Of a stretch of 64,000 nt of DNA, positions 49,400-64,000 are shown piece by piece; the first letter of the stretch is position 1, and each line of letters starts with the position of its first letter. The position numbers and the translations under genes were made by a program. Below the pieces are notes generated by a model. The model was not told the DNA's origin. It saw only the letters and a list, made by a program, of their open reading frames with translations, and ran no database searches. Origin of the DNA: Epiperipatus broadwayi (Eukaryota > Animalia > Onychophora); contig JAQFVV010000001.1 of the NCBI GenBank assembly GCA_028023455.1, forward strand, positions 23,126,001-23,190,000, in the 5' to 3' direction.

Positions 49400-51800
49400 T
49401 TTTAATTTCCTTTTTAAATTTTATACTATTATTAGTTCGCATAGATTTGTTTAAAAATGTTGAGTATAGATCGGTTACATAGATTCCACGGTCAAAAACA
49501 TTTCAAAATAAACATAAACGATCAAAATACAAAATCATTGATACCGTCAATTGCAGAGGGAAATTTATAAGTAACCCAATAGCATTCACCGTAAGATGCT
49601 TGCATTAACACCAATAACTTAAAAGACATCCGAATAAATACATTTTAGATACTCACCATAAGGTATCAGTATTTACCGAATGTCTATATATATTTTGATC
49701 GAATATGAAAACCAAAAACATAATCAACCGGAAACGAACCCATGCAAGCGTCTATACCCAACTTAAATTTAAGGCATCTTTATTTAGAGTGTCGAGTATG
49801 AATAGACTACATAGATTTGCATTTGAAAAGAACATATTCAATCCTTGTTTAACCTTAGGCCAAAGGTTCGCAGTCAAACCAAATTTCAATCCATCTGGTA
49901 TATCGATGTGTTCAATGTAATACGAATACGGCAGCACAATTAGGTTAAGAGAAGAAACTGCTTCTCATCGGATAGGAATATGACATCTATCTGACGATGA
50001 GAGCAATAAAAAAAAAACTCCATAGGAAGGAACAGCGTTCTACGTCTTATAATCCCTTCCATAGGCAAAACGGAAATGCGTGGCATATAAAAGCAATTCT
50101 GCCCATAGCGAATCTCGTACTACATTTACTAATTACACCAATATATCCAATCCATTGACCTAATTCAACTACGAAACGAATAACCTAAGATTACTCTCCC
50201 CTAATATAACTTTACAAATCTATATAGCCATTCACGCCCGACTTAAATTTAATATTTATATAACTAGGTTAATGAAAAACAGAAATCATAATAAAACTTA
50301 AAGAACAAATAAATAAATAAATGGAAATGATTTTACAAAAGAAATACATTAAATAAAATTATAACTAATTAATAAATAACGTTGGTCAGATAGGATTCTA
50401 TTTCTTATAAATTAAAGAGGAGAAAGTTTATATTTTAAAGTTCTTAGTGTTTCAAAATGTTTTTAAAGTTTTTACATTTTTTTTTTTTCAACGTTCCTCT
50501 TTATTCATTGCATGCCGTTTGGAATCCACATTAAATCCCCTGACGATCCTGTTGTCCTCAGTATAAGAAAAGCGATGTTTCATTTTTCCATTTTATAACA
50601 ACTGAAGGAATTGAAAGTACGTCTTTCAATCCCTTCACCTCCAACTCTCCTACTTAACACATCGCAGTCCTCCCTTAATAATCCCTAATAATTTCCAACT
50701 TTTCCTTTTATATTAATCTTAAGGATTGACTTATCATTACGTCATCGATGATGGTGGTCTTTTCGCTGAGGTCCGATTCCATAGGGATTTCTTTTTATTT
50801 GCTAAAAGTTTCTATTGTTTTCCTATCTGACCGATGCTTATACTTTTAAATGCCCAAAGGCTAGTTTACTAATTAAAATAATCATTAATTTGTTTTCAAA
50901 CTTAAACATATATTTTTATCTCTAAATCTTTTCTGAAAATTTAGTTTTAAACTACTCTTTTTTTTAATAAAGTTTTATTTTAATAATTATTTATCTGTGC
51001 GATTTTATATATATGCAAGTTTAAGATGATTTTTTAATTTTCAGTTTTTAATTCTTAAAAAAGAAATTTTTATTGGCGAACTTTTTTTTTTTTATGTTTA
51101 CTAATAAAAAATAATGTAACGTACGTATGTGCCCGTTACAATATATAAAATTATTTGTAACTGTGAGAAAAGCACTTAGAACCGAATATTCATGTTTGTT
51201 TCAACGTTTTATTGTGTAAAGTAGTTTAACAAAGGGGAGAGGATTCTCAATTTCCAGTATCTTATTACTTTTATTAATGAATTTTCCATAACTGTTTAGT
51301 ATTCTAATCATACCATTACACTGAGTATTCCATAATATATAGGTATTAATTAATCAAGTCTTTTAAATATTTTATATATATGTTGTTTCAAGCATTGCGT
51401 GCATACCAGCCTCCTCGTTCATGTTTTGATATATATTGTGCTCTGTTCCCGGGCATATTGGAAAAACCGAACGACGTTTCTTCATTTCCAAGTCCAAGAA
51501 TAAGGCCAAAACTCCTTGGGACTTATTTTGTCACTTGAGCTAACTGCATAGGAGCATTCTGGGAAAATCCCAGCCTATTGCACCTCACAGACACTAATCT
51601 TCATTCATGAGCCAATTCTGCCAAAGTCTGCAGACATATATCAGTCTTTTCTTCTTCAATGATTTTCAGATGCACCCTCTCGGATCTGTGGCTGGATCAC
51701 ATAAATCGCTACTATGCGCGCACCACTCTTGTAAGTTCCAGTTCCAAATAAAACCTATGAATATCCCTAAGCCATAATGTCTGATTCTACTAAGCAGATT
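49400..51800 (-). mobile_element. Degraded LINE ORF2 (APE and RT remnants, possibly RTEX-like)
   Basis: IVAIY and SADFGRIG (about GDFNARIG, ~51620-51720), KG.VGNY*G (~50690), CGFQ (~50530) and LLLYA (~50090); many stops. Confidence 0.4.
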
Positions 51801-52496
51801 TCTCTATTATATTTATTAATATTTTCATGTGTGCATCATTTTGCGACGCAATTATATATATACTAAATTAACTCTCCCACACGTTCTTACTCAGCATAAG
51901 CTGAGCTTCTTTCATTTATTAATGATTATCATATTTCGGTAATAAAAAAATATTTATTAATTAAATCCGGTCAAGTGCTATATTTTGTTCTTCTTTCTAG
52001 GGGTGAACTTAAGAGTTATTTACATACCCGTATATAGCATTATTAAAATTGTATTTACAGATATTGTAGTGTATCAATTATTGGCATATAAATCAGCCGC
52101 AATAAAATAACCAATTAATGAATGTATTTGTCATTTTTCTTAAGTAATAAAAGATAAATCTCATATTATATAAATGTAAAGAGACCAATGACAACTAATG
52201 GAGAAATATAATCTAATAACACACATATTTTATTTAAATTAATAAATCCTACATATATAATAACTTTCAGAATCATTGTTTCATTATTTAAAATATTATA
52301 TTTTGATTGATAAATTATGCTTGCTCTGACTAGATGATCTCTCGCTAATCCTATATATCTAAATAATGTGAAAGATCATGATCTTTAAATGGATCAAACT
52401 TATGATATTTTTATACCAAAAGATTACATTATATTATTTCCAATTAAAGTCTCTTTGTGTCTCCACTTTGCGATGCTGGCGGAGAGAGATAAATTA

Positions 52497-52650
52497 CATC
52501 AGTATCATCGGGATTGTTGCTCTTAAGTTGATAGATCTGGAAAATAGGCAAATAAGCCAGAGTTCATAAGTCTTCCTGACTTATATATCTTGCGCATGAT
52601 TGGACTTGAGGTATTTTTGCCTAGATGCTATATCTTGTTATATAAATAGA
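52497..52650 (+). repeat. Dispersed repeat, also at 59720-59870
   Basis: atcatc..gattgttg.tc...aataggcaaata...tatatct.g.gc.tgat.gga.t..aggta.ttt is shared between the two sites. Confidence 0.6.
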
Positions 52651-54059
52651 CAAAACGGCAATCCCTCAATTCTGAGGATCCCTTCCATGCGTACATATTA
52701 AACATGAACTAAATGTTACACATCAGAATAAGGCATCGATAACAATTCAATTAGAAATATGTATTTCATATTTTAAATCACTCGACTGGATTGTTAATTG
52801 AATGAGAGATTGAGTCCAAGCTGATTATTCTAATCCCTTCCTTGTTAAAACTTCATTGCCATGCCGACAGACATCTCAGTATTGGCCGCTGCATACCTTT
52901 GAAAGACCATATTGGCTTGTCCTTTACACGCCACTCCTAGAAAGAGAAAATCCCCCCCTGGAAGGATATACAGGTACCAACCAATTATGTAACACATGTA
53001 AAGAAAAACAGATACTTGCATGACATCAAATATTTAACCCCCAATAAAGCAGTATCCCATTAGGCTAAGCTCAGTCTTCTCTTTATCTCAGGTTATTTTA
53101 TGTGGATCAAGCTGCTTTTGGAAATATACACTTCATTAAATCATTGGGAAAAGAAAAATAAAACACTCTGTAATAAATAATTTAAAAAGTAAATGAATAA
53201 ATATTTATTAACCCCCACTTAACCCATCACCAATTAATTATACAAGTATCAATAAAGAAAATACATTCTCTAACCTCCTACCTTCTTCTTAATACACATA
53301 GAGTCATTTAGTCGGGGAAAATCCCTTCCCTAATTCATTAAAATGCCTTTGAATAAACTGATCTGAGTTCTATACCCACACATATATATTAGGCATTACA
53401 TCAGTTCACATAATATCAATAAAAATATAGTCATACATGTATATCCATACGTATATCCATTCCATTATTTAATAACATTTTTATAGACGTGCGCTGATAT
53501 ACACTTCGAGCACACATAGAGACAAAGTAAAATTATTTTAATGCGTTTCATCTTTCTTGAGTCTATACGCATATGTATAATTTAAAGATGAGTAAAATAT
53601 GATAGAACATGCACACATATCTGTATAATGTACATATAACTTGAGCTTAATGTGAAAGGATATTAGCGTGAAAAAAAAAATCCAGCACTTAGCAGATAAA
53701 TGATCTGATGTACATGTACTAATCCAAGAAATAAAATCTCTGTATCACTACAGTTCATTTTTATGAGTTATATAAAGAACATACAAATAGTATTGAAAAC
53801 AAACAAATATTAAATAAATAAGAAAAATTATATCCGCCGGTGTCTTCAGACTTCATCCAGACTTAGGGTGTCTGAGTGTGCTATACATCTGATGAGCACG
53901 GCGGCGGGGACTTTACTTCAACAAGGTGTTGGTCTGGTGATCATCAGCTGGATCTTAGGCGACTACATGTTAATGGCTGGGATGGAGCTGGATGGGTGCA
54001 CTGGAGCGGTCTTCTACCCCATAACCATTTCACTAACTGATATATCTTGAAGTTTGTAT

Positions 54060-54270
54060 CCAACACTTTTTCTGCTAAGACAGTATCAATAAATCTGCTC
54101 TTTATTAGCTTAACTAGAAGGGACTGTTACTGGAGACTCAGCTTGGCTTTGTACCCATTCTTTTTAATTTGTATAGGATTATACAATCAACATTTTCTTA
54201 TTAATTGCGCCAGGATATATGGCCTCAGCAGCATATAGTTGATAATCATCAGAAAAACGACTAGCTCATT
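54060..54270 (-). mobile_element. LINE RT fragment
   Basis: FSDDYQLY (about YADD.QLY) at ~54235-54258. Confidence 0.35.
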
Positions 54271-56116
54271 ATAGCACAGCAAGATTTCTGCAACCTCAAA
54301 TTCTTCCATGACGACCACAGCAACAATTACCAAAGTACTAAATATATTAATATGTAAGAATCATAATCTTAATGAGTAGCATCTGCTTAAAAGTAAAATT
54401 TTGAGAGTGACGAGAGACCACAATGCACACTCATTATATTACAAATCTGGGTACCCCCCTAACTTGATGGCTAATGGATTCAGATAATGCACATAACTTT
54501 TTTACATTTTTCTATTATTATCGCCTATTACATCTTTAAAGAATTTTATCTCTAAATTTTTATCCTAAGTTAACTCAGATCACTTGAACTGATACACATC
54601 GATTTAAAATTTGAATTCAAAGGCAACTTTTTATTACAAAGGCTTGAAATTAAAAAAATACTGATCCAACAAATAAATCAGATTTTTCTCTGCAAGTATT
54701 GGCATCTGATTTTCTCAAATTCTTTTGTTTGTAAAAATAAAAATACAAAGCAGAGTGACCATTAATACATTAGTGCATTTTAACATTTGGTAAGACAATG
54801 GCCACCTGACTTTGCTTAATGCATTAGCAGAGAAATAACTGATAAAAATTAAAAATAAAATATAGACATGTTGGAACATTTACAGTTACTTTTAATCATT
54901 TTATCTTTTTTTTTCTTTTCTTTATAACATGTCTCAACATGTAAACAAATTTAAAAATAAAATTACAAATTGCATTTATATAAAAAGCAATAAAATAAAA
55001 AATATTACACACACATATATAATACAATCATATGTGTAAAATTATGGATTTTAGCTTTAATATTTAGCTTTCTTTGTGAGTGTGGGTAAGAAATATATAC
55101 ACAGACCAATCCTATTCATTTTATAGTATGTTTATAGACCATACCTGTTTAATTATTGAGAATATATAATGATACATAAATCTAAACCAATACTTTTATT
55201 ATACATATGAACTATAGCTTCAACTACAGCCACCTTGTGCGTGGCCATTTTAAGAGTGCCTGGCACAATATATATATATATTGTAAACTTCCGGTTCTTC
55301 CAATATACCTCTCTATTTTACCCTACCTTTTTATCGTATCCCTACTATACTAGCTCAATAACAATAAAGTATAAGTCTCTTTATGGGGTTTGAAAGTTGC
55401 TAGATATTAAAACATAAGATAGACTTTAGGGATGATTACAAAAGAGTGATTTTAACATTGAGAAGTATATAAAATACATTCCACATTGGCAATGCTATGA
55501 TGATAATTATCCTGCTACTATCCTATTATAATCATTAGGAAAACTCCCACAACAAGCAATAACTAATATAATATTTCATTTAAATAATGAAATGACTACT
55601 CTTCTACAATTTAAGAATCCTAAAAATAAAAACATTAACCAAATAATTACATTAACTTAAAAAAATTGATGCTATCCTATGGTTATTCGATTTTAAAATT
55701 CAATATAACAATTACACTGATAATTGAATTGCAAGAGGGATTTTACTGGGATCCAACTATTTAATAAAAATATACTATTATAAAACCTTGATTAACCTCC
55801 TATTAGAAACTTAATCTAACTATAATAATAAGATCTGGAAATTAACACTCATTATCTATTCATTACCTTCCCTTAAATAATTTAATTTATTTTTCCTAAG
55901 ATTTATTCTCCTACTTATGTTAACAACAATTACTCTAGAATTTTTATTTTTTTATAATCAAAGCTTCATTACAATATTATTATTTACCAAATCTACTTCA
56001 ATGAAATACATCTCTTAATTAGTTAACTAACATTCACCCACTGTAATTAACTTCTTCAGAATTACAAACCTTAAAATATATTTGGTTAGTAACGTGTACT
56101 CTGAAATTATATAATA

Positions 56117-57043
56117 CACCTGGGTCCCTTTTTACACGGACTTATTTAACACGATTCATGTCTCACCGGAAGTCGATTCTGATAATGCGCTATTACTTTA
56201 AATAATAAATTTCGCGCACTTACGTTATATTGAAAGTAATAGCACATTATTGGAATTCGACTTTCATCTTAGTAATTTCAATATTTTCAGTGCTTTATAA
56301 TAGTAAGATTTTATGCAATAATGAAATTAAAATTATGAATACCACATTTTATGTATACACATATTAAATTTTACAAGATTATAATGTAAATTTGTTCAAA
56401 CATTGTGCGTGTTAATTTTCCATTTTAAATCACATTCTGTTTTTGCTTTTTAAAAAAGAACGTAATCAAACATTGTGCGTGTTAATTTTCCATTTTAAAT
56501 CACATTCTGTTTTTGCTTTTTAAAAAAGAACGTAATCAATTATTATTTTCTTATTAATGACACTAATCATTAATGTGCTCTTAAATTCCAACGAGAGCTA
56601 AATGGTTGTATGTCTGGATATCGCGAGCTTCGTAAACAATTAATAAAATCATGGTCTCAAAGATTAATTACTAATTACGTTGGCACCAGAAAATCATAAT
56701 AATTAAAACGTGTATTAAAAAAATGTAAATTACTGTACTGTAAATTATGCATAAAAATATATTATTTTGAATAAAATTAAATATTATAGTTAAAAAAAGT
56801 TTGTCTTGTATCAATTTTTTTCAAATTTGAAATTTTTTATTAGTCATATTTTATTTCCTTATTTTTTTTTTTGCACGAATTTTTAAGTAATTTTACGTTG
56901 GTGCTTTGCTTTTACGCGAATTTTGAAAAATCACAGACCGCACACACCCCCCTTTTCAATGTAAGTTACGTCCATTTTTGCGCGATTTCGTTTGCGCATG
57001 TTTTCTGAGGAACCTATCTATCGCGTAAAACGAGACCCAGGTG
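56117..57043 (-). mobile_element. Same MITE, copy 2 (927 bp), inverted
   Basis: Reverse complement of copy 1 with TA TSD and an internal 70-bp tandem duplication (56397-56536). Confidence 0.9.
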
Positions 57044-57600
57044 TACTTTTAAATTATGATATAACATATATTTCAATTTAGATTACAAAATTAGAATGTT
57101 ACTTTCAAACTTACTAATGACTTCTATTATATGCTCTCTCTTTTGTAATATTTAATAGTATTTTTCATATGGCTCTTCAAAATTCTTTTGCCTCTAATAA
57201 AAATATGAAGTACCATAAGCTTTTTTTAATATATTTATAATTTAAAGCAATTGATAGTTAATGTATTAATTATAAACTCTTAAGTATAGCTTCTCAAATG
57301 AGGCATGTAATCATAATTTGGTATGTATAATTTTATGGGGATAATATGCTTTATTGATATGACCTTGTGATGGAAATGATTCTCAGACACAATGAAATTA
57401 ATACTACAAAATTTAAATCAAAATGATCGTTTATTTACAATAATACTAATAAACAACAAACACATATGAACATTAGGTTAAATACTTCATTAACAATAAA
57501 AAAAAAAGCATGAAAACTGTTTATACATTGATAATAAATTATTTACAATTTTTACAAGTACATAATGGTTATTATGTAAAATCAACCCTTTCCATTGTTA

Positions 57601-58160
57601 GTCATCATCAACCATTATCAATCCACTGCAGGATGAAGGTCTCTCCAAGTTCAGTCCATCTTTTCCTATCTTTATCTTCTCTTTTCCACATTACCCCTGC
57701 ATTCTTTCTCATTTCATCTATCCATCTCACATGTGGTCTCTTTCTGGGTCTTTTTCACTCTTTTGGAATCCAGTTTAAGATTTCAATTGTCCATCTATTA
57801 TCATCTCTTCTAGCAATATGTCCAGCCCAACTCCACTTCAGTCTTTTAATTTTTTCAATGAAGTCGGTAACACCTGTTTGTTCTTTTACCCATACATTGT
57901 GTTTTCGATGTCTTCTTGTTACTCCCAACATGCATCTCTCCATACTTCTTTGAGTGGTCTGAAGTCTCTGTATTGCTTTTCTATTAAGTGTCCAAGTCTC
58001 AGATCCATAAGTAAGAACTGGCAAAACATATTTATTAAAAACCTTTCTTTTCAAACACAAAGGCATATTTCCTTTTAGTATCAAGTTATTTCTACCAAAA
58101 GCACTCCGACCAAGTTTAATTCTATGATTATTTTCATCCATTATGTTTCCATCTGTATGC
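57601..58160 (-). mobile_element. 5'-truncated RTE-clade LINE 3' end
   Basis: Open frame ...VLPVLTYGSETWTL...LKWSWAGHIARR.DNRW. RTE-type terminus CCTTCATCCTGCAGTGG followed by a (GAT)n tail at ~57601-57610. Confidence 0.9.
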
Positions 58161-59181
58161 TGGCTTCTTAAAAGTTAAGGTCTTGAAACGCTTCGAAACG
58201 AAACTGACTGACGAAAATCTCAACTCACTGAAAGGTAACTAAAACTTTTTATTATGGATGAATTCTGTTAAGTTTACTGCTTTGAAATTGTATTTAAAAT
58301 TTCATTTTAAAAGATCGTGAACCTTGATTAAAATAATTAGTCTATCCTTTTCTGCTGTGCCTAAGGGTTAATGTAATCCATAATACGTATATGGGAATCT
58401 AATTTAAATATAAATTTTATTAGCTTAATATTATAAATAAAAGTTATTATTCATTATGATTTGTTAAATGACTCGGAATTGAAAACAGATTATTGTGCAA
58501 GAAGTTAGACCATTTCCAAGCTCTAAAATAATATTACATGAAAATTATATTATAAAAATTATATTCATGTCCAATAACGTTGCTGGCATACAATTTCCTT
58601 TATTCTGATATTTTATCTTTTCCATTTCTCGACTGTTTGTCATTAGGGATGTCGGAAGCCTGTGAAACATGAGGTTTATGAGATTATGTGCTGCGGATGA
58701 CAGTACATCCAGATCTGGGCTCTCAAACCCAGCCTCTTCTTCGATATCGCTCCGCCAGAATGCGCGGACATATCAAATCTAAGTTCGTCTCAAATATTCT
58801 TTTAAAAATAATAGAATATCCAAAACTCCCATGAAGGTCAGATTTATTTATTGTATGCTAGTACCATTACTCTGCTCTTTAATTTAATCACCATCCGCCT
58901 AACCTTACTAAGTCGCAATGATGTGTTAAAGATAATGATTCATTTCGTAAAAATACATTCAGTTCATTGAGTTAAACTGCTTTCTTTTAAAAAACGTTAT
59001 CGATTCCCATAGATGTAAATCTAATTTATATAAATGATTGCATAACTTATTCTCGTAAATGTAACACATTGTTTGTTTCTTGTGTACTTATTCCAAAGAC
59101 GCCATGTCCAAACAATGCCTATCAAACATATGTAATAATTTTAAGATTGTAAATGAATGATTGAGACCATATATTTATATT

Positions 59182-59291
59182 TACTTATCAAAATGATTAA
59201 TGCTAACTTATAAGATATCTTTCTGTAATCCGAATCTACTTGTCAAAATGATTAATGCTAACTTATAAGATATCTTTCTGTAATCCGAATC
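59182..59291. repeat. 55-bp tandem duplication
   Basis: 59182-59236 and 59237-59291 differ at one base. Confidence 0.95.
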
Positions 59292-60154
59292 TCTTCCGAT
59301 CTTGTAGATTGTTTTGTACATCCACAGCATTTTATTTGTAAATTGGCATATTAACCCCGCACAACTTATACATTCTATAAAATTATATTCCTGAAACAAT
59401 TAATAAAGAGGATTTTATAAAAACAAGTCCCAAGTTTGTAAATGTATAATGTTACCCCAAGCGTGAAACCATTTTTGTAACATATATATGCATTTGTTTA
59501 ATATTTTATTAAATATATATATTTCATGTAAATCCTGGTTTGTTGTTTTTGAATTATTATTTTTTAGTTAATATTTAGAACTATTTTCTTTAGCTAATAG
59601 CTTAGCATTAATAAATAACTATCATAAATGTAATTCCTGGGCTACTCCGATCTCAATCATCATCATCAGTCTGATCTTATGCTCTATGCTTTGTTTCTGG
59701 GCCCGGATTAAAATAATTATACTATATCATCAAGATTGTTGTTCATTGGGTCAGAGATTCAAAGAATAGGCAAATAGGTTAGAATTCAAGATTGCTCCAG
59801 ACCTGTATATCTCGAGCTTGATCGGATTCAAGGTACTTTTGGTTAGGATTTGAATCTTGTTAAGTGAGCATATTATTTTGACTGGTACAGTGGATTTTTT
59901 TTTCCTGGGCTTGGCGCCCATAATACTAATAAAAGATTACGGAGAGAGAGTTTAAAGTAAAATTAGCAGAAGCTTATAAATTGATATATAAATTAAGATA
60001 CGAAAGTTGAACTATAGATTACAAATTACAAAAATATTGACTTATGAAGGCAGCTCTACATTAAAGGTTACCTAAGAAAAACAGCATAGCGGCATCATTA
60101 GCAATCAGCAATCAGAAGTAAAACATCTTATATGGTCAGCCGGACGGAACATGG

Positions 60155-63100
60155 CAGTTGCAGGCAGACAGTTCTCCGAGAGAAAAAGAGAAAGGTGAAA
60201 GATTCCTCTATAGTGGCTGTATAGCGGTGTTATATTTTATAAGCCAGTTGCTCAAAGATCCTGAAATGAACTATATTCCCATGGAAAAGACTTTAGCCAT
60301 TATCTGGGCATTTCCGAAACTCAGGCCACTTCCGTGAGTCGAAAATAGTCTTAGTCACTGATCACAAGAGCTTGGAGTTTATCAACCACAACTATCTAAC
60401 CAATAGCTGGTTAGCATGCTGGAGTTTGCTCCTCGAGGAATACGATTACACAGTGCACTACTGCAAAGAATATCTTGGCAGATATTTTGAGCCATAATCC
60501 TGCTGGGTTTGACATCAACACTTAAAATGTGATAACTTGTCCATTGCGGGCATCAATTTGACCATGGATGAAAGCGTAGAGAAGGATCTGAATCAGCTGG
60601 CTCACCACCAAAGAAGGGGTGAGAAACTAATACTACTAATAACCTTGTTAGAGAGGAAGGAGTGAGTCAACATAGGTTGAGCAGGAAAGAAGAGAGAGAA
60701 TATCAAATAAAAATGAAATACTGCAGTATAAGGTATGAGATGATCCCGAAGAATGGAGGTCATTTTTCCCAAGCCATCTCAGGGAGGTAGTAATAAATCA
60801 TATCCACAAACTGTACAGACACTGGTACACCAAAAACCAAGCACCTAGTTAGAAAGTGATTTTATTGGCCAGGCTTGCATGGTAGCACTATTAATATCCT
60901 GAACAAAATATGGTACACTACAGGACTAAACCCATGAATAAAAATTATGCTACACCCATGGCTTCTGTGATCCCAGACAAACTTTGGGATATGATGTCAA
61001 TGGATCATTATGAACCACTTCCTCCATTTAACTGAAAATGATATTTGATGGTAGTATACAATCTTTTTTTAAATTTGTCACTGCATACCCAGTGGCCCAG
61101 GTGAATGTCAAAGAGACAATCAGAGTTTTAGAAAATAGCCATTTCCCTTTGGCCGAGAAGCCTAAAATTCTCTTGTCTGACCATGGTATCCCAGTCACTT
61201 CCAGGGAATGGGAAAGATGGACCCATAAACACAATATAAGACATGTAGGAGCTGAGATGGTTGTTTAGGGCCTTCTTCCCCAATAATCACCATCCTTCAA
61301 TGAATCAATGGGTTTTGTGTCAGTGCAATTGCATTTAGGATAACCCATTTCTCGGTTGGTAAAGGTGGTTTTTCCAGGAATGGAAGACAAACCAATAGAC
61401 CATGAGGCTGATAGTGCACTAGCTCGCTAGAAAATGGTTAGAGCAAGCAAGCGTAGGAGTCAAAAGTCAAAAGACTCATCAATATTTCAAAGTAGGGGTT
61501 AGAGTATTTGTAAAAACTGCCCACGTGAGTGATCCGGGGCAGTTCATATGCAAAAAATTTTGCAATCTATATTAAGGCCCTTTCACCATTGAGCGGATTC
61601 AGGGTGGGAATGCATTCTAGGTAGATATGGGACAAGGAATCAAGGGTACATATAATGGTAGGTCATTAAAATCCATGCAATAACCATAGAGGTACCCCCC
61701 TCATAGGAAGTAACAACTTTTTGTTGAAAAGAAAAAATGGGAAGGGAGAAAAGGGGAAGGAAGAGGGAAAGATAGGTTGAGGACATTTATTTGTAGCCCT
61801 CAAAATGAGATAAACCTCATTTTGAACTCTTGAATGGGGGATATTTAGCAGGAACTCAGTTCAAACCTGTCACAAAAGAAAGGAAGTAGGCTAGGAAAGG
61901 TTGTTCTTTTTTCTTCATTCATGTGGTATTATTTTTCTTGGTTTTAATTTATTTATTTATTGGGAGAAAGCACATAGACAAGTACACATATTTGCTGGAG
62001 TATGAAAGAGTGGTGATAGTTAGTGGCTAATCTCATTAATGGCACACATATATATAGATGAGTTTTATCATTTTTAAAATCACGTAAAAAGGTTTTGATT
62101 TTTTTTTTTGTCATTGTGGCGATCTCGGGAATTAATTAGCCAAATGTTTTTTTTTATTTTTAGAAACAGATGGTACTAATTTTTGTCTTACTGTCTTGTT
62201 CTATCTAAACAAATTGTTGTTATTTTAAACATTTGGACATTGTTAAATTAGTTTTAATTAAAGAAGAAAAGGAAAGAAGCAAGGGAATGTGGAATGTACT
62301 GTATAAATCAAATACTTTTGCTTTCTTTTGTCTGATCTCTAATTAAAGAAGGGAAAGTGAATTTCAAAGTTAAAGATAAGAAAAATAAAGAAAAATTGGT
62401 ATGGCTAAGTAGTTCTTTTGTTGTGTTTTCTTTTTTAAAAAAAAATGAGAAGGCAATACGTTTTTATCAATCGGTAAACGACATTGCAAGAACAAAAAAA
62501 AATTAATAAACTCACAGTGAAAAAAAAGAGAAGGACATGAAACAAACTGTCATCACGGCCCTCTCATTGCTGTATAAAGAATTTTAAACTGAAATTAGAA
62601 CTTTGGAAGAAAAACTTCATGGATCACATGGGGTGATAGAGTTCTAATCATGCCGGAGTTCATATTTATGCCCCAGCTTTCTCTACTATCTGTGCCAAGA
62701 AGGCCCATTTTGACATCCGCTGGCCCAAGTCATACCATCATCAATCATTAATCTGATAACTGGATAGTGTATTATGTTTGCCATCCTTGGAAATCGTGAG
62801 AAAGAAAGCAGAGAAAATGTCATCCAAAGATGGACTCAATAACTGGAATACACGAGAAAAGATGGACGCTAAGCCTTGCAGATGCCAGATTCCGAGATCG
62901 TAAGGTATCTGTATCTTATTTCTTTCATAAATTCCAGTAAATATAAAGCTGTATAAATCTTAATTCATAAACTATAACTAAATCCAGCCATATGGCAATA
63001 TTTATATAATTTTTTTTGTTTTGTGTATATGTATATTTCTTTTATCTTTAATTAATAAGAATCATAATGTTTTGTCTTATATATGATTTATGTTTCGTTA

Positions 63101-63640
63101 TTCTAATGGTGAATAATAATCATTTCTCAAATTAAAATCTTTTTTTTTTTTTTTTGCTTAGTTTCAATCTCATGTTCTGCCTTACTTATTTACATTATCA
63201 TTAGGTTAAGAAATATATTGTGTATATGTCGGCATATGTCCAATGAATAATCGAGTTTAACCAAGTTAGATATACAGGTGTGGGAAAGGGTAATTGTCTC
63301 AATTTTGACTATATTGGGGAAATGAATTAGATGAATAGTTATTAGAGAAAAGGGAAGAAAAGAGTGCTTGTATAAAGTTTGGATTACTTACTGCATCTTT
63401 GGCTTATTTGCTACCACTCCTGAGCACAAGCTAGTTCAAGTTGGCATAAATCGATATTGCAGACTGCAGATCAATTCCAACCAATAATATGAACATTGGG
63501 TTATTACATTATATATTATTCACAAAAGTAGACTCATAAAAATACAAACAGATACATTATAATGAGTATTAATGGATTGAGAGGCATTTGCCAAATACAA
63601 AAATATACACAGACTACACTTTCCACAGCACATTATTGAA
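60155..63640 (+). mobile_element. Degraded relative of the 30-35 kb gypsy (RNase H, integrase, PPT, old 3' LTR)
   Basis: QADSS, TDHKSLEFIN, YWPG, SDHG, ICKKFC and YNGRSLK are colinear with 32018-33650. PPT GAATGGGGGATA at 61832-61843. Patchy LTR similarity extends to ~63.6 kb, and the right boundary is uncertain. Confidence 0.75.
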
Positions 63641-64000
63641 AGATTAATTGTTAAAAAATCAGGTTAAATTTTGAATGATATGTTAATTAATACATGCAAT
63701 TCAGCTGTACATGACAAGAAACTTTCAATTCTCTGTAAAAAATTTATTTTTATTAGTTTAAAAATTGAAATAAATAATGTAAAAATTGAAAGAAATATAT
63801 TTAACTTTCTAATATCAAATTATTATTCCTTTACTAAACATTAATAAAAGGAAAACCATATGATTAATTTTCTAATCACAATACATTTTTATGAAGAAAT
63901 TAAACAAATTTTTTAAATTATAAAATTTTTCTAACTACATATTCCAGAAATAATGAAATTGTGAATTTATGATAAAGTTTATTTTTAATAATAAAAAAAA

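Noticed and set aside
53888-53915. Hammerhead at CTGATGAGCAC
   Set aside because: No closing helix II strand or GAAA follows.
58165-58215. Additional hammerhead (CTTGAAACGCTTC)
   Set aside because: The CUGANGA box is absent (at least 2 mismatches), there is no GUH triplet and no helix I; at most a decayed relic.
42060-59291. CRISPR-like array from the tandem repeats
   Set aside because: These are two-copy duplications without unique spacers, in eukaryotic DNA with no cas genes.
2916-63999. Most short ORFs in the supplied track (e.g. 9649-10053, 14499-14843, 32797-33186, 57510-57953)
   Set aside because: They are antisense shadows of TE ORFs or low-complexity F/L/I/K-rich frames with no recognisable motifs or splice context.

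Overview
Strongly AT-rich eukaryotic DNA from an invertebrate, probably an arthropod (inferred from a TATA+TCAGTT initiator promoter, Merlin transposons and Mag-like gypsy remnants). The only host gene I can support is the 3' end of a + strand Hsc70-interacting protein gene (ST13/Hip). Its last two coding exons (8681-8809, 43695-43850) are separated by a 34,885-bp intron that splits the STI1 domain. That intron and the downstream flank are dominated by transposon remnants: two different Merlin (IS1595-like) elements with 8-bp TSDs, an L1/Tx1-like LINE split by one of them, three Ty3/gypsy remnants, RTE-like LINE fragments, tRNA-derived SINEs, two inverted copies of a TA-target MITE, and several long foldback hairpins. 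The most notable non-coding signal is a ~411-bp tandem repeat carrying one minimal type I hammerhead ribozyme motif per unit (25.8 and 26.2 kb), on the sense strand of the host intron; this resembles a retrozyme or Penelope pLTR. All alignments, translations and identities were done by eye and no database searches were run.
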